Of a stretch of 57,778 nt of DNA, positions 54,672-57,778 are shown piece by piece (position 1 is the first letter of the stretch; each line of letters begins with the position of its first letter). Position numbers and translations under genes: made by a program. The DNA is from a virus. Its lineage: Duplodnaviria; Caudoviricetes. The stretch covers positions 1-57,778 of the IMG/VR virus record IMGVR_UViG_3300032164_000017; one strand, written 5' to 3'. The notes beneath the pieces were generated by a model, which was not told where the DNA came from, ran no database searches, and saw only the letters and a list, made by a program, of their open reading frames with translations.

Positions 54672-56990
54672 TTAGCTCAACGCATTCTGTTCGAGGACCT
54701 TGGCCAGGCACACCATGACACATGCAAGCGGCACAAGATCATTGGGCTGGTCTGTGCGCAGGTACGACCAGAGAAGCTCACGATGCTCTTTGGGCAAACC
54801 TAGCGCAGTCAGTTCAGCGAGAGCTGCATTAAGCAATCCCGGTTTACGGCGTAAAGCAGCGTCGATCTGAATCGCCGTATGCTTGTAGCAGAGCTTCGCT
54901 GCCTTCTCAGCAGCTGTGGGGGTCGGTGCGAGGTTGCGCAGCAACGCCCCTAGTTCGCCCAGGTTGGCACGTAGATAGATGTGCCGAATGGCCTTGATAG
55001 GATCAGGACGTGCCTGGACTACCGTGAGCAAGTATTGGCGCAACTGTTCCGTGTAGTACAACGTTGAGGCCGCGTGGTCATAGGGAACAAGCAACGATGT
55101 TTCAAAGTCATTGATCGGTCCCGTGAAACACGTGGGATCCACGTTGACCAGGAATGTCCAGGTAGACGTAACAGGAACGCCTGTGAGGTCTGCAATGCTT
55201 ACACGCACCGTTACTTCAGTACCGTAAGGAATATCTGTTTCTTTATCAACAACCACATCCCAACCGTTGAACAGATTGGCTACGATGGAACTTGCGGGAC
55301 CATTCCAGCCAACTTGGAACACGCCATTTTCGATCGCGACTTCGGTGCCTGCGGTTATTTGAATGGACGCCTTCACAACCAGAATGTTGTCCCAGCACGT
55401 AAATCCGATATGTGTAGCGGGTGCAATGTTTTCCCCAAGTGGGAACTCATCTTCGATCACAGGTTCGGTAGCGTCCGATACCTGGAACGTGTAGCTCGTA
55501 TCGAGATGATTGGGCACCGTCGCGAGGTCATCTGCGACCACCCGGATTGTGTTTGTAAGGATAGGAAGAGGATCATTTGGATTGATGAGGTACCGGTACC
55601 CTCCACTAATGGGTGTCCGCGACACCACAAAGCCAGGTTGCTGTACCTGATTTTGATACGCGATGGTTCCGTTGACATAGATCTGGACACTATCAGCTTT
55701 GACACCGGCACCATCGTCCAACACATCCAGTTGAACATTGGTGAATGGATAGACATCGAGTTGGCCAGGTATGGGGTCTTCGTTGTCGAGGTAAGGCGCA
55801 TCCGCATCCAGCGTGCGGAATGCGTACGACGTATCCAGCACGTTGGGAGGTGACTCGAAGTCCGTTGCATAGACTTCAACGGTGACCGTTTGCCACGACG
55901 AGAAATCCGTGTTCGGATTGATGACGTAGCGCCATCCTGTGGGCAGATGCGTTGCCGCGACTGCGAAACCCGGCTGCGCTGTTTGTGATTGCCACGCAAT
56001 TACACCAGCAACCGTAATCACTACGGACGCTTCATCAACATCAGAATCATTGTCGAGAATTTCAAGGGTGATGTTGGTATTGCGCGCGACGTCTGTATCG
56101 CCACCTGCGGGAACTACGTTGTCCAGATGCGGAATGGACGTGTCTGCGATGCGGAACTGGTAGAGCGTGTCGAGAACATTCGTGATGACCGCGAGGTCTT
56201 CTGCGTAGACACGTACATCTACGACTTGATACGACGTGAAAGGAGCCGTCGGATCTATCGTAATGCGATAACCTAGCGGCTGTGTGATGCGTGCAGATGA
56301 AGGTCCATTGTATGGTGCCACAAAGGAGTCTGTGTCACCTCGATACGCAAGTGCCCCTTCGATGTAAACACGTACCGTCGAGAGATTCACACCCTCGCCG
56401 TCATCGTGGATGTCCACTTGTACATTCGTCGATGGCGGATTGGGTACCCAAGGAGGTGCCGCGGCGGGATACTGATCATCGATGTAGGGTGGCACCAGGT
56501 CGGGATAAAAGTCGTTGGTCAGATCCTCCTGCATGCCGGGGTAACCCGACGTGAACATGCGGATGTCAGACGGGGTGGTGTACGTCGTCCGCTGCTGGCC
56601 GGTGAAGTCAGTCGTCTGCAACGTGATGACGTTCCCTTGGAAGTCCATCACTCCGCCAGCGAAGCAGGTCACCCGATAGGAGAAGACCTGCTGGTTGGCG
56701 GTCGCCAGATCGATGGTCGTGTCGTTGATCCAGATGGTCCGCACGACCTCGAGCGGCTCACCACCGGACACCTTGGCGATGGCGAAGCTTGCAAGGTCCA
56801 GCGTCGCAGCGTGGTAGACACTGCCTGCCTGCCGGTACTCCAGCATGAGCTTGCGGTCGAAGACCAGCCGCACGGTGTTGGGATCGGTGCTGGTCGCGGA
56901 TACCAGGACTGGACCCGTGAGTCCACCGCCTGCCGCGATGGTCTGCTTCTCGACCGCCCAACCGATGCTGTTGTAGAGCGTGAGGCTCAT
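54672..56990 (-). CDS. virion protein with tandem Ig-like repeats
   Basis: Four ~110-aa repeats starting PYIDDQYP / PHLDNVVP / PYLDNEDP / PVIEDEFP. Confidence 0.7.
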   Translation of the reverse strand: MSLTLYNSIGWAVEKQTIAAGGGLTGPVLVSATSTDPNTVRLVFDRKLMLEYRQAGSVYHAATLDLASFAIAKVSGGEPLEVVRTIWINDTTIDLATANQQVFSYRVTCFAGGVMDFQGNVITLQTTDFTGQQRTTYTTPSDIRMFTSGYPGMQEDLTNDFYPDLVPPYIDDQYPAAAPPWVPNPPSTNVQVDIHDDGEGVNLSTVRVYIEGALAYRGDTDSFVAPYNGPSSARITQPLGYRITIDPTAPFTSYQVVDVRVYAEDLAVITNVLDTLYQFRIADTSIPHLDNVVPAGGDTDVARNTNITLEILDNDSDVDEASVVITVAGVIAWQSQTAQPGFAVAATHLPTGWRYVINPNTDFSSWQTVTVEVYATDFESPPNVLDTSYAFRTLDADAPYLDNEDPIPGQLDVYPFTNVQLDVLDDGAGVKADSVQIYVNGTIAYQNQVQQPGFVVSRTPISGGYRYLINPNDPLPILTNTIRVVADDLATVPNHLDTSYTFQVSDATEPVIEDEFPLGENIAPATHIGFTCWDNILVVKASIQITAGTEVAIENGVFQVGWNGPASSIVANLFNGWDVVVDKETDIPYGTEVTVRVSIADLTGVPVTSTWTFLVNVDPTCFTGPINDFETSLLVPYDHAASTLYYTEQLRQYLLTVVQARPDPIKAIRHIYLRANLGELGALLRNLAPTPTAAEKAAKLCYKHTAIQIDAALRRKPGLLNAALAELTALGLPKEHRELLWSYLRTDQPNDLVPLACVMVCLAKVLEQNALS

Positions 56991-56991
56991 G

Positions 56992-57778
56992 TCAACCTAC
57001 CGCCATGGAGAGGGGCTGGTGTGCGTCGTCCTGGAAGCCCTTCCAGTAGATCGTGTGCGTCGTGCGATTCACAGCCCAGATTCTGTCTGGCCTGGCCATG
57101 CCCACGATCAAGATGGGCGTCGCGCCATCGGTCGCGAGCTTGACCGAGGAGATCGTAGCGTAGTCACCAAGGACCTCGTGCGTGGCCCCCGAGCCCACCT
57201 TCCCGTAGAAGAGAGTCGAGATGCCCGTGGCGAGGTCCATGACGTAGACGCCCTCGTTGCGCGCATAGAAGAGCAGGCCAGCAGCATCATCGAGAGTCAT
57301 GGAGTCTTGGGCCAACGCTCCGTTCGTGCCGGAGTCCACCGACCCCGCAAGGGTGTACTCGTGGTCCTCGAGCCACGTACCGCCACCGCCTCCCAGGACC
57401 GTGGACCAGTTCGAGTAGTGTGTGATCCAGAGCTTGACCCGGTTGTGCGCGAGGATGTCCTTGGACGTCGGACGGAAGATCGCCCAGCTCGTGGCCACGG
57501 TCTGCGTACCGATGCCATAGTCGGGCGTGTTGAGGTGTGCGTTGCCCGTGCCCTCGAACTTCCACCGCTCCCACTTGGACAGGTACACACCGCCGTTGTT
57601 GGCGATCAGACGGTACTGGAAGCCGCCATCGTGAAGGATGTCGCACCAGTTCGCACGGTTGTGCTGAAACTGCCAGTTGTCGAAGTGCGACGCGGTGACA
57701 CTGCGAGCGGAGTTCCTGAATGCGATGCAACCGTTGGCCGAATCTCTCGGCCACACACCAGTCGTCAGCTCCACGTTG
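56992..57778 (-). CDS. structural protein, C-terminal part (truncated by window edge)
   Basis: Open frame runs to window end; beta-rich; stop 1 nt before next gene. Confidence 0.6.
   Translation of the reverse strand, partial: NVELTTGVWPRDSANGCIAFRNSARSVTASHFDNWQFQHNRANWCDILHDGGFQYRLIANNGGVYLSKWERWKFEGTGNAHLNTPDYGIGTQTVATSWAIFRPTSKDILAHNRVKLWITHYSNWSTVLGGGGGTWLEDHEYTLAGSVDSGTNGALAQDSMTLDDAAGLLFYARNEGVYVMDLATGISTLFYGKVGSGATHEVLGDYATISSVKLATDGATPILIVGMARPDRIWAVNRTTHTIYWKGFQDDAHQPLSMAVG

Overview
The window looks like a segment of a large myovirus-type phage genome (no integrase or host housekeeping genes seen). The minus strand carries virion and packaging genes: portal, large terminase, putative head proteins, baseplate/tail cluster, tail amidase and two sigma70-family factors. 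The plus strand carries replication and nucleotide genes: SNF2 helicase, two PD-(D/E)XK nucleases, dCTP deaminase, ParB, putative SSB, primase-helicase, UDG-fused family A polymerase, RuvC, class II RNR and a MoxR AAA+/VWA pair. The standout feature is the only long non-coding gap (20.9-21.7 kb). It holds four tandem structured RNA units with different sequences but the same architecture, resembling retron msr-msd: closing inverted repeat, unpaired G after the 5' arm, a covarying hairpin, a variable 3' domain and a conserved AACGWAG motif. About 7 kb downstream is a stand-alone retron-family RT (28924-29973) with no intergenic room for its own ncRNA, packed between two Cys-rich unknown genes. 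Inferred model: a phage-encoded, multiplexed retron in which one RT acts in trans on an array of ncRNAs. All calls come from motif reading by eye; no searches or folding programs were run.
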